Assembly: GCA_013360585.1 (NCBI GenBank)
Contig: JABWBH010000014.1
Span: forward strand, 20,770 to 84,769
Direction: 5' to 3'
DNA from: Phycisphaerae bacterium
Lineage (GTDB): Bacteria > Planctomycetota > Phycisphaerae > UBA1845
Length of the DNA: 64,000 bases
Shown here: one piece after another, positions 29,316-38,940 of the stretch
Position numbering within the stretch: position 1 is the first letter of the stretch
Layout of the letters: every line of letters begins with the position of its first letter
Position numbers and translations under genes: made by a program
The notes under the pieces: model-generated
What the model saw: only the letters and a program-made list of their open reading frames with translations
Database searches by the model: none
What the model was told of the DNA's origin: nothing

Positions 29316-29951
29316 ATGTCCGATCCGCGCCGTCAACGTGCGTACGTGACTCGCGCCGGCGAGAAGCTCGAGGCCGCGCTGCGCGCGTTCTCCCTGAATC
29401 CGGCGGGTCGGGTATGCGCCGATCTGGGCAGCCACGAGGGCGGTTTCGTGGATTGTCTGCTCAAGCACGGAGCGGTGCGGGTTTACAGCGTGGACACCTC
29501 TTACGGCACGCTCGCCTGGACGCTGCGGCGGGATCCGCGCGTCGTCGTCTTTGAGCGCACGAACGCAATGCACGTCGCCTTGCCGGAACCGATCGACCTG
29601 ACGACGATCGACGTGGGCTGGACGCGGCTGGGGCTGGTTCTGCCGAACGTCGCTCGCTGGCTGAAACCCGACGGGCGGGTGATCGCACTGGTCAAACCGC
29701 ATTACGAGGCGGACCCGGGTCAATTGCGCGGCGGCGTTCTCGACGACGAGGCCGTCGACTTGATCGTCGGCGCAGTCCTGCGTGCGGCGACGGATGCGGG
29801 CTGGACGGTCTGCGATCGGGTGGACAGCCCCCTGGTGGGTCACGGGGGCAACCGGGAGGTGTTGGCGATGCTGGCGAGGTCGGATGCCCCGAACCCTCCC
29901 CCGAAGGCACACGACATGAAAGGGTTCCCTCCAGGAACACCGCCTCGGTAG
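29316..29951 (+). CDS. tlyA: TlyA-family RNA 2'-O-methyltransferase lacking the N-terminal S4 domain
   Basis: YVTRAGEKLEAAL, DLGSHEGGFVDCLL, ERTNA, LVKPHYE and SPLVGHGGNRE; only 211 aa. Confidence 0.85.
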   Translation: MSDPRRQRAYVTRAGEKLEAALRAFSLNPAGRVCADLGSHEGGFVDCLLKHGAVRVYSVDTSYGTLAWTLRRDPRVVVFERTNAMHVALPEPIDLTTIDVGWTRLGLVLPNVARWLKPDGRVIALVKPHYEADPGQLRGGVLDDEAVDLIVGAVLRAATDAGWTVCDRVDSPLVGHGGNREVLAMLARSDAPNPPPKAHDMKGFPPGTPPR

Positions 29952-30014
29952 GATGATGTTTCGGCGGCAGTACAATGTCGCTGTTGCGAAACCTGCGGAT
30001 CATCACGACGAAAG

Positions 30015-30036
30015 ACCGCTTCCTGACGGGTGCGGC
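30015..30036 (-). repeat. REP-like repeat (family A)
   Basis: Reverse complement gccgcacccgtcaggaagcggt, nearly identical to the copy at 60714-60734. Confidence 0.6.
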
Positions 30037-30080
30037 ACGGTTCCGCAGGAACGTAGGAGTCGTTTATCGGAGAAAACCGC

Positions 30081-30527
30081 ATGTCTTATTCGGTGAAACA
30101 GATCGATGTGTGGGCGGGGGACATCATGAATCGGCCGGGAGCGCTGGCGCGGGTGGTCGAGGGACTCAGCGCCGCGGGGGCGGACCTGGAATTCATGGTG
30201 GCGCGGCGGGTGTCGGAGAACACGAGCCGGGTTTTTCTCTCGCCCATCAAGGGCAAGAAGGTGAAGCAGGCGGCGACGGATGCGGGGCTGATGCCCGCGT
30301 CGAATATGCATACCGTGCGGATCGAAGGTCCGGACAAGTCGGGCGTGGGCGCGCTGATCACGCGGGCGGTGGCGGCCGCAGGGGTGAATCTGCGCGGCGC
30401 CACGGCGGCGGTCATCGGGAAGAAGATGGTGATGAACCTCGGCGTCGGCTCAGCGGAGGACGCGAAGAACGCGATGACCGCGGCCAAGCAGGCCTTGAAG
30501 AAAGGCGGCAAGAAACGGTCGAAGTGA
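30081..30527 (+). CDS. Tandem ACT-domain protein
   Basis: NRPGALARVVEGLSAAGADLE and DKSGVGALITRAVAAAGVNLRG. Confidence 0.85.
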   Translation: MSYSVKQIDVWAGDIMNRPGALARVVEGLSAAGADLEFMVARRVSENTSRVFLSPIKGKKVKQAATDAGLMPASNMHTVRIEGPDKSGVGALITRAVAAAGVNLRGATAAVIGKKMVMNLGVGSAEDAKNAMTAAKQALKKGGKKRSK

Positions 30528-30867
30528 GCCGCGTCCGACATTCCCGCAGGATGACGGACCCCCGCGGCATGCCGGGTCGCCGTCCTCCTTCAGCGGCGGA
30601 AGGCCCGGGATGCGCCGCGGTTGGGCGGTGTCGCGCCGTCTCCGACGTCTCCACCGCGACGTTCGACCGCTCCCGAGTCTTCGCTGGGCCGCGATGCTCG
30701 GCGCCTGGGCGGTTCTCCCGTGGTGACGTGACGTGCGCTGGTCTCCGGGAGGGGCGGCGGCGCGACGACCGTCCGACCCCTTGAACTTCTGTCGCCTCTC
30801 CGGGACGCGAAATGCACCGGAAAAAACCGGCGTCGCCAAGACCCATCGTGAGTCCTCCAGCGGGTTG

Positions 30868-31434
30868 TCAGCCCCGCGCTTTCACATCGTCGATCGCCAT
30901 GAACGCGCCGCCGACGGCGAACTGGGTGATGAAGTTCGGCTTCTTGCGCAGACGGACGCGGCAGTTGTTGGCGCTGTAGCGCACGCCGCCGTAGGTTCCG
31001 TTCGGCAACGCCAGAAAGCTCGCCCGCGTGAAGCACTGCCCGTTGAAGATGATCTGGACGTTGCCCTGCATGATCGTGTAGCTGAACACGATCTTGCGCA
31101 CCTGCGCGCCGCCGAGCTGCGTCTGAAAATCGCTGATGTCAAACTCGGTGATGATCGCGCGATTGACGAGCTGGTTCGGCGCGGACGGCACCAGACAGCC
31201 GGGGAACGCCTGCGTAAACACGGCGGAGACGCCCGTGTGCGTCGGCGCGCAGACGTTGCCGACCGTGTCCGTGTACGAAAGCTGCACGACGTCGATGCTG
31301 TTGCTGGTGAAGTTCACCGGCAGCGTGCCCTGCGCCAGGGCGTCAAAATCGACAACCCAGACGGCCCCTCGCGCGGGATTCGCCGCCGCCGCCATCGCCA
31401 GCATCGCCGCTGAAAGCAGAATCGAACGCTTCAT
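30868..31434 (-). CDS. Hypothetical secreted beta-rich protein
   Basis: Signal peptide, VVDFD N-terminus, IDDV near the C-terminus, strongly biased codon usage. Confidence 0.75.
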   Translation of the reverse strand: MKRSILLSAAMLAMAAAANPARGAVWVVDFDALAQGTLPVNFTSNSIDVVQLSYTDTVGNVCAPTHTGVSAVFTQAFPGCLVPSAPNQLVNRAIITEFDISDFQTQLGGAQVRKIVFSYTIMQGNVQIIFNGQCFTRASFLALPNGTYGGVRYSANNCRVRLRKKPNFITQFAVGGAFMAIDDVKARG

Positions 31435-31688
31435 AGGTCTCTCCCCCGCAAACGCGCCCGACCGCAGAAGCCGCTCCCAGGCGGTCCCTGCGCACAGTGA
31501 CGCTGCGATGTCCCTCAGTCTACCGAGCTCGCGTTGCTTGATTCAAGAAAAATCCGGATCGATCCTGCCGAAAGCAGGCGAACCACAGCCCCGAAAGCGG
31601 GCAAGGGTGATTAAAAACTTCACATGCCTCCCGGAGCACGGAACCACAACGTCGCCCCCGCCATCCTGCTCGCTCTGCGCGACCTCGA

Positions 31689-32555
31689 TGAAACCCGCGT
31701 CGCGCTTCGCGGGTCCGAGTCTACTCCCGCGGGCGATCGATTCCGGTGGTCGCGCTGGGCGGACTGAAGACGCGTCGCTATCTGGACGTGTACGTCGCCG
31801 GCAGCTTTCCGATCTGGACCGCAAGAGTGTCGAGCCGATGACCGACGCGGCCGGCGTGCCACCGCGGTCGTTGCAGGAGTTTCTGAGCCTGTTCAAATGG
31901 GACGAGGCGGCCCTGCGCGATCGCATGCAGCGTCGCGTGGCGACCCGCCATGGGAGCCCGAACAGCGTGGGCGTGATCGACGAGACCAGTTTCGCCAAGA
32001 AGGGCAACCGGACGGCCTGCGTGCCGCGACAGCATTGCGGTAGTCTGGGCAAGCTCGAGAACTGCGTGGTCAGCGTCCACCTGGGCTACGTCGCGGGCGA
32101 CTTTCACACGCTGCTGGACGCAGCGCTGTACCTGCCCGACGGGCCGCGCCCGCTGCTGATCGCGCGGAACGTGTTGCGGCCCGCCGAGGTCAGGTTCTTC
32201 CTGAGCAACGCGCCGCTCGGTACGCCGGTCGAAACGCTGCTGCTGGTGGCCTTCAGCCGCTGGCGCATCGAGCGGATGTTTGAGGACAGCAAAAGCGAAC
32301 TGGGGCTGGATCACTTCGAGGTCCGCCGCTACGGGTCCATCACGCGGCACCCGCTGTGGCGCCGCGGCGGACGCTGCTCCCGCCAGAGAGCCGAAACGAT
32401 CGCCGCCCCGTTGGCCGTAACGCAGCAACGCAACGCAACGCCGCCGCCGCACGCAGCCATCGCAAGCGAACCGTACGCCGATTACGGGCGATTGGCATCC
32501 GACTGCCAGACGTGTACAGGTGCCAGTGGCCCAGAACGTAGCGTTGTAGTGCCAG
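31689..32555 (+). mobile_element. Degraded IS701-family transposase remnant (frameshifted, internally deleted)
   Basis: QLSDLDRKSVEPM, SLQEFLS, IDETSFAKKG..TACVPRQHCGSLGKLENC, LYLP fused directly to LLIARNV..FFLSNAP..RWRIERMFEDSKSELGLDHFEVR. The C-terminus is in another frame, and it ends gtagcgttgtagtgccag. Left boundary approximate. Confidence 0.85.
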
Positions 32556-32638
32556 CCGCCCGTTGAAAAAGGGGTGCGCCTCCCTCTGGGACGCGAATGT
32601 CATCGGGAAAAACCTCGTACCGGCTTCGCCCGGTGATT
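32556..32638. mobile_element. MITE-like element copy A (one end lost)
   Basis: gcccgttgaaaaaggggtgcgcctccctctgggacgcgaatgtcatcgggaaaa closely matches 39421-39474. Confidence 0.7.
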
Positions 32639-32748
32639 CTACGGACACGCGTACGCCTTCTCCTCCCCCGCCCCGCAGCCCCCGCTTAGCCGTGACCGTG
32701 CCCGTGTCGCCCGGCGGGCGGTGGTTGAAAATTGATTTGCCTTATGCC
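32639..32748 (-). pseudogene. Orphan, frameshifted 3' fragment of a paralogue of the 35634-36251 gene
   Basis: Encodes GKSIFNHRPPGDTGTVTAKR/GCGAGEEKAYACP-stop, versus intact GKTKFNNRPPGDAGTATAEWGCGAVEEKAYACP-stop. Confidence 0.85.
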
Positions 32749-32777
32749 TGGCTGTAGGAGCCGCTTGAAGATCGAGC

Positions 32778-35105
32778 TTACGGGCAGCTCGCATTCGCCG
32801 TTAAACCACAAGTCATGACTTGAACCATTCCACTCGACGACGGACACTGTTTGACGACCGCTTTACCTTTGTTGTTGGCGGCGTCGGTCAGGCAGGTTCC
32901 GTCCGCCATGGTGAAGGCGTACGTGCTTCCCACGATCCCGTGCTTGAGAATCGCTTTCACCCGACAGCCGCAACCCTTGGTCGCTGATTTCACTGTCAAC
33001 GTTTCATTTCCGTTGCACGCATCACTGGCGCAATCCGAGCCGCCGTCCGTGAAGACATAGGCCGCGCCGGAAGCGTTGGCGGTGTTGTCGGCCTGGTTGC
33101 CATTGACGCCCGTAGCGCTGCTGTCCTCCTGATATGCCCCGACCACGACCGTGTCACCGCTGATGGCGACCGAGGCGGCGAACTGGTCGCCCGCCCCGGT
33201 GTTCGAGGCCTTGACGTAGGCCTCCTGGCTCCAGACGCCGCCGGAGCGAGTGAAGACGTAGGACGCGCCGGAGTCCGCCGCGCTGTTGTCAGCCTGGTTG
33301 CCATCGACGCCCGTGGCGTTGCTGTCCTCCCTGCTCGCCCCGACCACGACCCTGTCGCCGCTTGCGGCAGTCGAGACACCGAACCCGTCGTTTATCCCCG
33401 TGTTCGAGGCTTTGAGGTAGGCTTGCTGACTCCACACCCCGCCGTTACGGACAAAGACATAGGCCGCACCGGAATCGCCGGCGCCGTTGTTGTTCTGATC
33501 GCCGTTCACGCCCGTGGCGCTGCTGTCTTCGTCGCGTGCCCCGACTATCACCGTGTCGCCGCTGACGGCCACCGAGGCGCCGAACAGGTCGAAGAACTCG
33601 GTGTTGGACGCCTTAAGATACGCCTGCTGATTCCAGAGGTCGCCGGAGCGGACAAAGACATAGGCCGCGCCGGAGTCCTGGGCGTTGAAGTCGTCCTGTT
33701 CACCGTTCACGCCCGTGGCGCTGCTGTCCTCAAACCAGGCCCCGACCACGGCGGTGTCGCCGCTGACCCCCACCGAGTAGCCGAACTGGTCGGCAAAGAA
33801 AGCGTCCGAGGCTTTGAGGTAGGCTTGCTGGCTCCACTGGTCGCCCGATCGAACGAAAACATAGGCGGCGCCGGCCTGGCTACCGCCCTCGTCCTCCAGG
33901 TACGCTCCGACGAGCACCGTGTCACCACTGACGGCCACCGAGTGGCCGAATCTGTCGCTGAAGTGGGTGTTTGAGGCTTTAAGGTAGGCCTGCTGGGACC
34001 AGAGATCGCCGTCGCGGACGAAGACGTAAGCCGCGCCGGAGTCATTGGCGCCATTGTTGGACTGATCGCCATTGACGCCTGTGGCATTGCTGTCCTCGCC
34101 TCGCGCTCCGACCACCACGGTGTCGCCGCTGATGGCGACCGACCAGCCGAATACGTCCAGTTCCTCGGTATTCGAGGCCTTAAGATACGCCTGTTGGCTC
34201 CAGGTCCCCCCGCTGCGGACGAAGATGTAGACCGCGCCGGAATCGTCTTCGCTTTCGTCGTTCTGGTTGCCGTTCACGCCTGTGGCGCCGCTGTCCTCGC
34301 GGATAGCCCCGACGACCGCGGTGTCGCCGCTGACGGCCACGGAGAAGCCGAACTCATCGGTGGTTTCGGTATTCGAGGCCTTGAGGTAGGCCTGCTGGGC
34401 GATGGGGTCGATGGTCAGCGGATAGCGGGCGGCAGCATCGTCGATGATGAAGCACAAGGCGTTGGCAACGGATTCCAGATGCGCGGGAAGCGAGTGGCCA
34501 TCCGCGTCGAGAACCGTGAGCCCCGCATAATTCACGACTGCCGCGCCACCGTCGTTGAAGAACGTGACGCCGCGCCCGTCCGCGGTAACCCGTGGGCATA
34601 ACCCGCCGCGCACCCGCACCATGATCTGCAAGGGGCCGCCAGCGCTGCGCGCCTCAGATCCATCCGGTGGACGGTTGACGGTGTACCCGTGCTCCAGCCC
34701 GCGCTGATCATTGATGTACCATTCCGTCAGCGCCTCATCCCAGTGATACTCGACGCGCTGGCCGCTCACCTCGATGCACTCGGGGACATCCGCCACCGCC
34801 CGCTGCTCGCTGCTGCGGCCGAAGCCGATAAGCTCCAGACCCCACGACCAGCAGCCGCTGTCCGGCGTGGCGACGAACCCGCGGCTATCGAAGCGTGTCA
34901 TCCACCGCTGGCCGGGATTACGCGCCTGGAATCCATCCTCGTTGGGAACCACCGCGTGGCGATTCGCCTCATACGCCGCGCGAATGCCCAACCAATCCGA
35001 GGTTGACATCCCTTGCGGGACCGATTCCTGTCGCGCAACGGAGGGGATCGCGCAAAGTGACATGACAACACACGTAGTGACCGCGGAGAGTGTTTTGTGT
35101 TTCAT
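32778..35105 (-). CDS. Secreted FG-GAP repeat protein with Cys-bounded C-terminal domain
   Basis: Signal peptide, EWYINDQRGLEHGYT...YPLTIDP domain, seven QQAYLKASN..D.FG.SVAVSGDT.VVGA repeats, C-terminal ...ASCP. Start placed at ATG 35105. Confidence 0.9.
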   Translation of the reverse strand: MKHKTLSAVTTCVVMSLCAIPSVARQESVPQGMSTSDWLGIRAAYEANRHAVVPNEDGFQARNPGQRWMTRFDSRGFVATPDSGCWSWGLELIGFGRSSEQRAVADVPECIEVSGQRVEYHWDEALTEWYINDQRGLEHGYTVNRPPDGSEARSAGGPLQIMVRVRGGLCPRVTADGRGVTFFNDGGAAVVNYAGLTVLDADGHSLPAHLESVANALCFIIDDAAARYPLTIDPIAQQAYLKASNTETTDEFGFSVAVSGDTAVVGAIREDSGATGVNGNQNDESEDDSGAVYIFVRSGGTWSQQAYLKASNTEELDVFGWSVAISGDTVVVGARGEDSNATGVNGDQSNNGANDSGAAYVFVRDGDLWSQQAYLKASNTHFSDRFGHSVAVSGDTVLVGAYLEDEGGSQAGAAYVFVRSGDQWSQQAYLKASDAFFADQFGYSVGVSGDTAVVGAWFEDSSATGVNGEQDDFNAQDSGAAYVFVRSGDLWNQQAYLKASNTEFFDLFGASVAVSGDTVIVGARDEDSSATGVNGDQNNNGAGDSGAAYVFVRNGGVWSQQAYLKASNTGINDGFGVSTAASGDRVVVGASREDSNATGVDGNQADNSAADSGASYVFTRSGGVWSQEAYVKASNTGAGDQFAASVAISGDTVVVGAYQEDSSATGVNGNQADNTANASGAAYVFTDGGSDCASDACNGNETLTVKSATKGCGCRVKAILKHGIVGSTYAFTMADGTCLTDAANNKGKAVVKQCPSSSGMVQVMTCGLTANASCP

Positions 35106-35538
35106 CGAATATTCTCGATTGCTCGTTTGCCTGTGCATGCCCAGGCCGTTGCAGCCTGACCGATGCACCGTGGCCGGTGCATCCCGGCCGATACCCGTCA
35201 TTGGACTCGGTTCCGCGCCACACGTGCGGATCGACTCTTGGTCGTCGATATGACCGTCGAGACCCAAATGAGCATTCTACTGCCTACTGCAACCGACGTG
35301 AAATTCGCTGAGAATCTCCGAACGCCGCCCGGCGCCTTGAGCCGTTCGACCGTCGACATGATCCGGTCGCTGAAGCGCAGCTTTACCGGCAACACTTTCC
35401 CGCACTGCTCGGGGCGCCCTGCCCGCGCTCACCTCCCGGCATCCGAACCTCCCATGCTCACGAACTGTCAGCCGCGTTGGATCAGCGGCGGTGCGTTTCG
35501 AAAGGGGCTTGCTGGGTTCTGACGCTCCCAAGGCCCAC

Positions 35539-35633
35539 CAGCCCGTTGAAAAAGGGTAGCGCTTCCCTCCCCAACGCAGCTCTCACCGGAAGAACCGGCA
35601 CAATAAAGCGATCGGGAGTTCTTCAACGGGCTG
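35539..35633. mobile_element. MITE-like element copy B (95 bp, 12-bp terminal inverted repeats)
   Basis: cagcccgttgaa ... ttcaacgggctg perfect TIRs; directly abuts the TAA stop of the 35634 gene. Confidence 0.75.
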
Positions 35634-36251
35634 TTACGGGCACGCGTACGCCTTCTCCTCCACCGCCCCGCAGCCCCACTCGGCCGTTGCCGTGCCGGCG
35701 TCACCCGGCGGGCGGTTGTTGAACTTGGTCTTGCCCTTGCCGCGGGCGTTGATCGCGCCGTCCTTGGTATCGCCGTCGCTGGAAAGCGTGACGGTGAACG
35801 TGTCGCCGGGTCGTCCGCCGACGAGACTGACCTTCAACTGGTTCTCCCCGTTGCGGTCGCGGCAGCGGGCTTTCTTCACTTTTTCGTCGCCCGTGCAGCC
35901 TTCGTCCGGCGGGGAGACGGCGCCGGACCAGAATCCGCCGGAAAGCTCGAAGTCGCCGCCGGTCATGGCGATGGCGGGTCCGGCGTCGGCCTGGCCGATC
36001 GTCCCGGACAGCTCATACACGTCGCCGGTGCCGGCGCCACCGCCGCCGTCGATTGTGAACCAGAAGATCGCGTAATCCTGCGCCGCCGCCGATCCTGTCA
36101 ACAGAAACCATGCAACGCACGCAAGTCCACAGGCTCCGAGACGTCTCCGATTACGCGCGCCACAGGCTTCAGCCCGCGCGGATTCGACTGTCTCGGGGAC
36201 GGTTCCTCCTCCGATCGCCGGCGCAGCAATCAACTTCATGGAAGCACTCAT
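35634..36251 (-). CDS. Secreted partner of the S74 fibre protein (WFTIDGGG...GTIGQ...GGFW domain plus Cys-bounded C-terminal domain)
   Basis: AAAQ cleavage site, YAIFWFTIDGGGG...LSGTIGQADAG...LSGGFW; 16 bp downstream of the fibre gene. Start uncertain. Confidence 0.82.
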   Translation of the reverse strand: MSASMKLIAAPAIGGGTVPETVESARAEACGARNRRRLGACGLACVAWFLLTGSAAAQDYAIFWFTIDGGGGAGTGDVYELSGTIGQADAGPAIAMTGGDFELSGGFWSGAVSPPDEGCTGDEKVKKARCRDRNGENQLKVSLVGGRPGDTFTVTLSSDGDTKDGAINARGKGKTKFNNRPPGDAGTATAEWGCGAVEEKAYACP

Positions 36252-36267
36252 GGGATGATCCTTTCCG

Positions 36268-38478
36268 TCAGTTGCCCCCCGCCCGATTTGTGAGCAGCGC
36301 CGTCTCAATACGCTCCAGCCGTGCGCGAAGTTCCGCGATCTCCGCGTCCTTTTCCTTCCGCAGAAGGTCAATCGCGGCGTCTTTCTCACGGCCAAGCCGC
36401 CGCAACTCCGCATCATGATCCGTGCGAAGCCTGGAGATGTCCGCGTCCTTCTGCCCCAGCTCCCGATCTTTCTCCGCGCGCAGGTCGCGGAGCGCTTCCA
36501 CCGTCAGCGCTTCGAACCCGCGATACGTGACCGACTTGTATCCGCTCCTGCCCTCGCTCACCCAGTCCGGGAAGACCTGCTCGACGTCCTGGGCCACCAT
36601 GCCGACACGCTGGCCCGGCAGTTCGCTGATCGACGCGGGATCGACATACTCGAACGTCACGCCGTGCAGCGCCATGAGCTTGTCCAGCGCGCCCGAGAGT
36701 GGCTGGATGTCTTTCTTCAGGCGCTTGTCCGAGAAGCTCGCCCACGATCCGCCGCCCGGTTTGCTCGCGTTGCCTGATCCGATGCTGAGCATCTGGTCTG
36801 GAGCGCTCGTGAGGATACCGATTGGCCCGGTAAAGATCGTGCCCCCTTCGGCCCAGAACTTGATGGTGCGGTTGGCGCCGGTGGTTCCACCCCCCACGAT
36901 GTCGAGGGCGTTGGGCGTGAACACGCCGTAGCCGATCTTTCCCGCGTTCGATTCCTTGACTTCACCGGCGCCCATTTCCAGTGTGTGCGGACCATAGATT
37001 TTCACGTGGGCATCGTGGTGAGCGTCGCCATAGAAAAATGACTCGTCGTTGAACAGACTCTCCCCTTCGACGTGCAGCATGGCCTCGGGAACGCCGGTGC
37101 CGATGCCGAGGAATCCCGCCGTGGAGAGCACCATCCGCGTTCGGAAGGCGCTCAAATCCTCGAAAAAGAGATCGCCGCTGGACATGGAAGTCACGCTCCA
37201 TTTGTGTCCGGCGGGCGCGGTGTTATGGAGGATGAGGCGCGTTCCATACGAGTCGGCGCTTTGGATGGTCGCCGCGTTCCCCGCGCCCGCAACCAGGTGG
37301 AACGGGGTCTGCGGAGTAAGGGTTCCGATTCCGACGAAGCCATAGTTGGCGACGGACATCCGGATCGCGCCGGCGGTGTAGAAATCCAGCCCGTGCTGGT
37401 TGTCGCCCGGCGTTCGCCTGGACCCGATCGCCTCCCCGGTGCCAAAGGCGCCAAACGTCAGGGAGTTCAGGAAGTTTCCATTATTGAATCCGCCGGAGTC
37501 GATCGCCATTCCTCCCTGTACCGTGAGTGACTGCCACGGAGCATCCGTACCGACCCCGACTCTCCCCAGGTTGTCCAGGCTCATGCGCTTCTGCCCGGCG
37601 GTGTAGAAGTCCAATCCGTACTGGTTGGCTCCCCCGGTTCGGCGCGACGCGATGCCCTCGCCGCTGCCGAACTCGCCGAAGCGCAGACCGTGATCGATCG
37701 TACCGTCGTTCTGGTTTGCCAGGTCCACGCCGATCCCGCCCACGACGGTCAGCGGGTATCCCGGCGAGTCCGTGCCGATTCCGACCTCGCCGGTGTTGCG
37801 GACACTGAGTCGCTTCTGATTGGCTGTGTAGAAGTCCAACCCGTTCCGGTTCCCGCCGCTCGTCTTCTTCGAGGACAGGCCTTCGCCGCTGCTGGCGTCG
37901 CCGAAGCGGATGCCGGTATTCAGATCGCCGCCGTTCGTGTTGAGGGCGTCGAGTCCGATCCCGCCCTTGATCGTCAGGTGCGCGTAAGGCGTGATAGGCC
38001 CGATCGCGACATTGCCGTTGTCGCGCACGGCGAGCGCGTCCACCGGGTCGCCGTCCGGCGCATCCAGCGAGTGTCCGTCGATCCCGCGAACCTTCAGCGC
38101 ATACGGCGCCGCGGTCAGCAACTGCCGCGGTGACAGCGTTGTGCCCTCGACCGCGATCTCAAGCCAACGCTCGTCGCCGGAAAACGCCGCCGCGCCGAAA
38201 TCGAGTTGCACCGCAAACAAGCCTTCCGCCACGCTCACCGGCGGCGGGTTTCCACCGAGGCCGTCGAACACCAGCGTCGCCCCGACCTGGTTCCCGCCGG
38301 TCGCCGCGTCGAACAGCGCAAAGGTCATGACATGGTCGCCCGACACCGGCTGGCCCTTCTGCTTGAGTTGACCTTGGTACGTGGTCGCCGAACCCAGGGG
38401 GGTTTGGGCCAGGGTGGTGGCGGCGGAAAGCCCTGCGATGAGCAGACCGGTGATCGTGCTGGAACGGGTGGGCCGCAT
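36268..38478 (-). CDS. Secreted tail-fibre-like protein with C-terminal peptidase S74 intramolecular chaperone
   Basis: Signal peptide, TYQGQL...LSPRQLLTAAPYA N-domain, GxVGIGT repeats, SDKRLKKDIQPL...GMVAQDVEQVFPDWV and terminal coiled coil. Confidence 0.9.
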   Translation of the reverse strand: MRPTRSSTITGLLIAGLSAATTLAQTPLGSATTYQGQLKQKGQPVSGDHVMTFALFDAATGGNQVGATLVFDGLGGNPPPVSVAEGLFAVQLDFGAAAFSGDERWLEIAVEGTTLSPRQLLTAAPYALKVRGIDGHSLDAPDGDPVDALAVRDNGNVAIGPITPYAHLTIKGGIGLDALNTNGGDLNTGIRFGDASSGEGLSSKKTSGGNRNGLDFYTANQKRLSVRNTGEVGIGTDSPGYPLTVVGGIGVDLANQNDGTIDHGLRFGEFGSGEGIASRRTGGANQYGLDFYTAGQKRMSLDNLGRVGVGTDAPWQSLTVQGGMAIDSGGFNNGNFLNSLTFGAFGTGEAIGSRRTPGDNQHGLDFYTAGAIRMSVANYGFVGIGTLTPQTPFHLVAGAGNAATIQSADSYGTRLILHNTAPAGHKWSVTSMSSGDLFFEDLSAFRTRMVLSTAGFLGIGTGVPEAMLHVEGESLFNDESFFYGDAHHDAHVKIYGPHTLEMGAGEVKESNAGKIGYGVFTPNALDIVGGGTTGANRTIKFWAEGGTIFTGPIGILTSAPDQMLSIGSGNASKPGGGSWASFSDKRLKKDIQPLSGALDKLMALHGVTFEYVDPASISELPGQRVGMVAQDVEQVFPDWVSEGRSGYKSVTYRGFEALTVEALRDLRAEKDRELGQKDADISRLRTDHDAELRRLGREKDAAIDLLRKEKDAEIAELRARLERIETALLTNRAGGN

Positions 38479-38940
38479 GTCGGTGGCTCCGGGAAGGAAG
38501 CGGGAACCGGCGCCCGGTCCGAATTGGATCCGCGGTCATGCCGATTGTCATCACCCGCGCAAACCCCAAGCGGGAACGCCCCTCAGGTTCCTGCACGCAG
38601 TGCCCGAACAGACCGAATCCTACCGAAATACCTGTTCATGATTCAAGTGATTTCCGGTTTCCCCCTGAAAACAAGACCGGAATATTCACCCCCGATTCCG
38701 CCCTCCCGCGACGTCCGAGTTCCGGTCGGGACCGCAGACCACGGGTATTCAGCACCGAATGAACAATCGCCGCGCGTGGCGGAAACAATCAAGCACGGAC
38801 CGCGTTGTACTCCCGGTTGCACTTCACAACGGCGGACGGGGGGATTGGCGGCGAATGCGGGCATGATGGGGGAAGGGCGACAGGAGCATGACACCCTCAG
38901 TAAACCCCGATAAAAAAGCGTTTTTCCCGATGAAAACGAT

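Noticed and set aside
31136-32566. Intact 476-aa transposase
   Set aside because: The N-terminal part is antisense to a real gene, and the IS701 part is frameshifted and deleted.
35539-35633. Integron attC sites
   Set aside because: End polarity is GTTGAA...TTCAAC, the reverse of RYYYAAC...GTTRRRY, and there is no integrase. A MITE fits better.
36268-38478. Prophage
   Set aside because: The fibre has a signal peptide and there are no capsid, terminase, integrase or lysis genes.
38921-38935. 14-bp match (tttcatcgggaaaa, minus strand) to the MITE interior next to the tRNA-Val 3' end
   Set aside because: Too short and lacks TIRs; it could be chance or a small hairpin.
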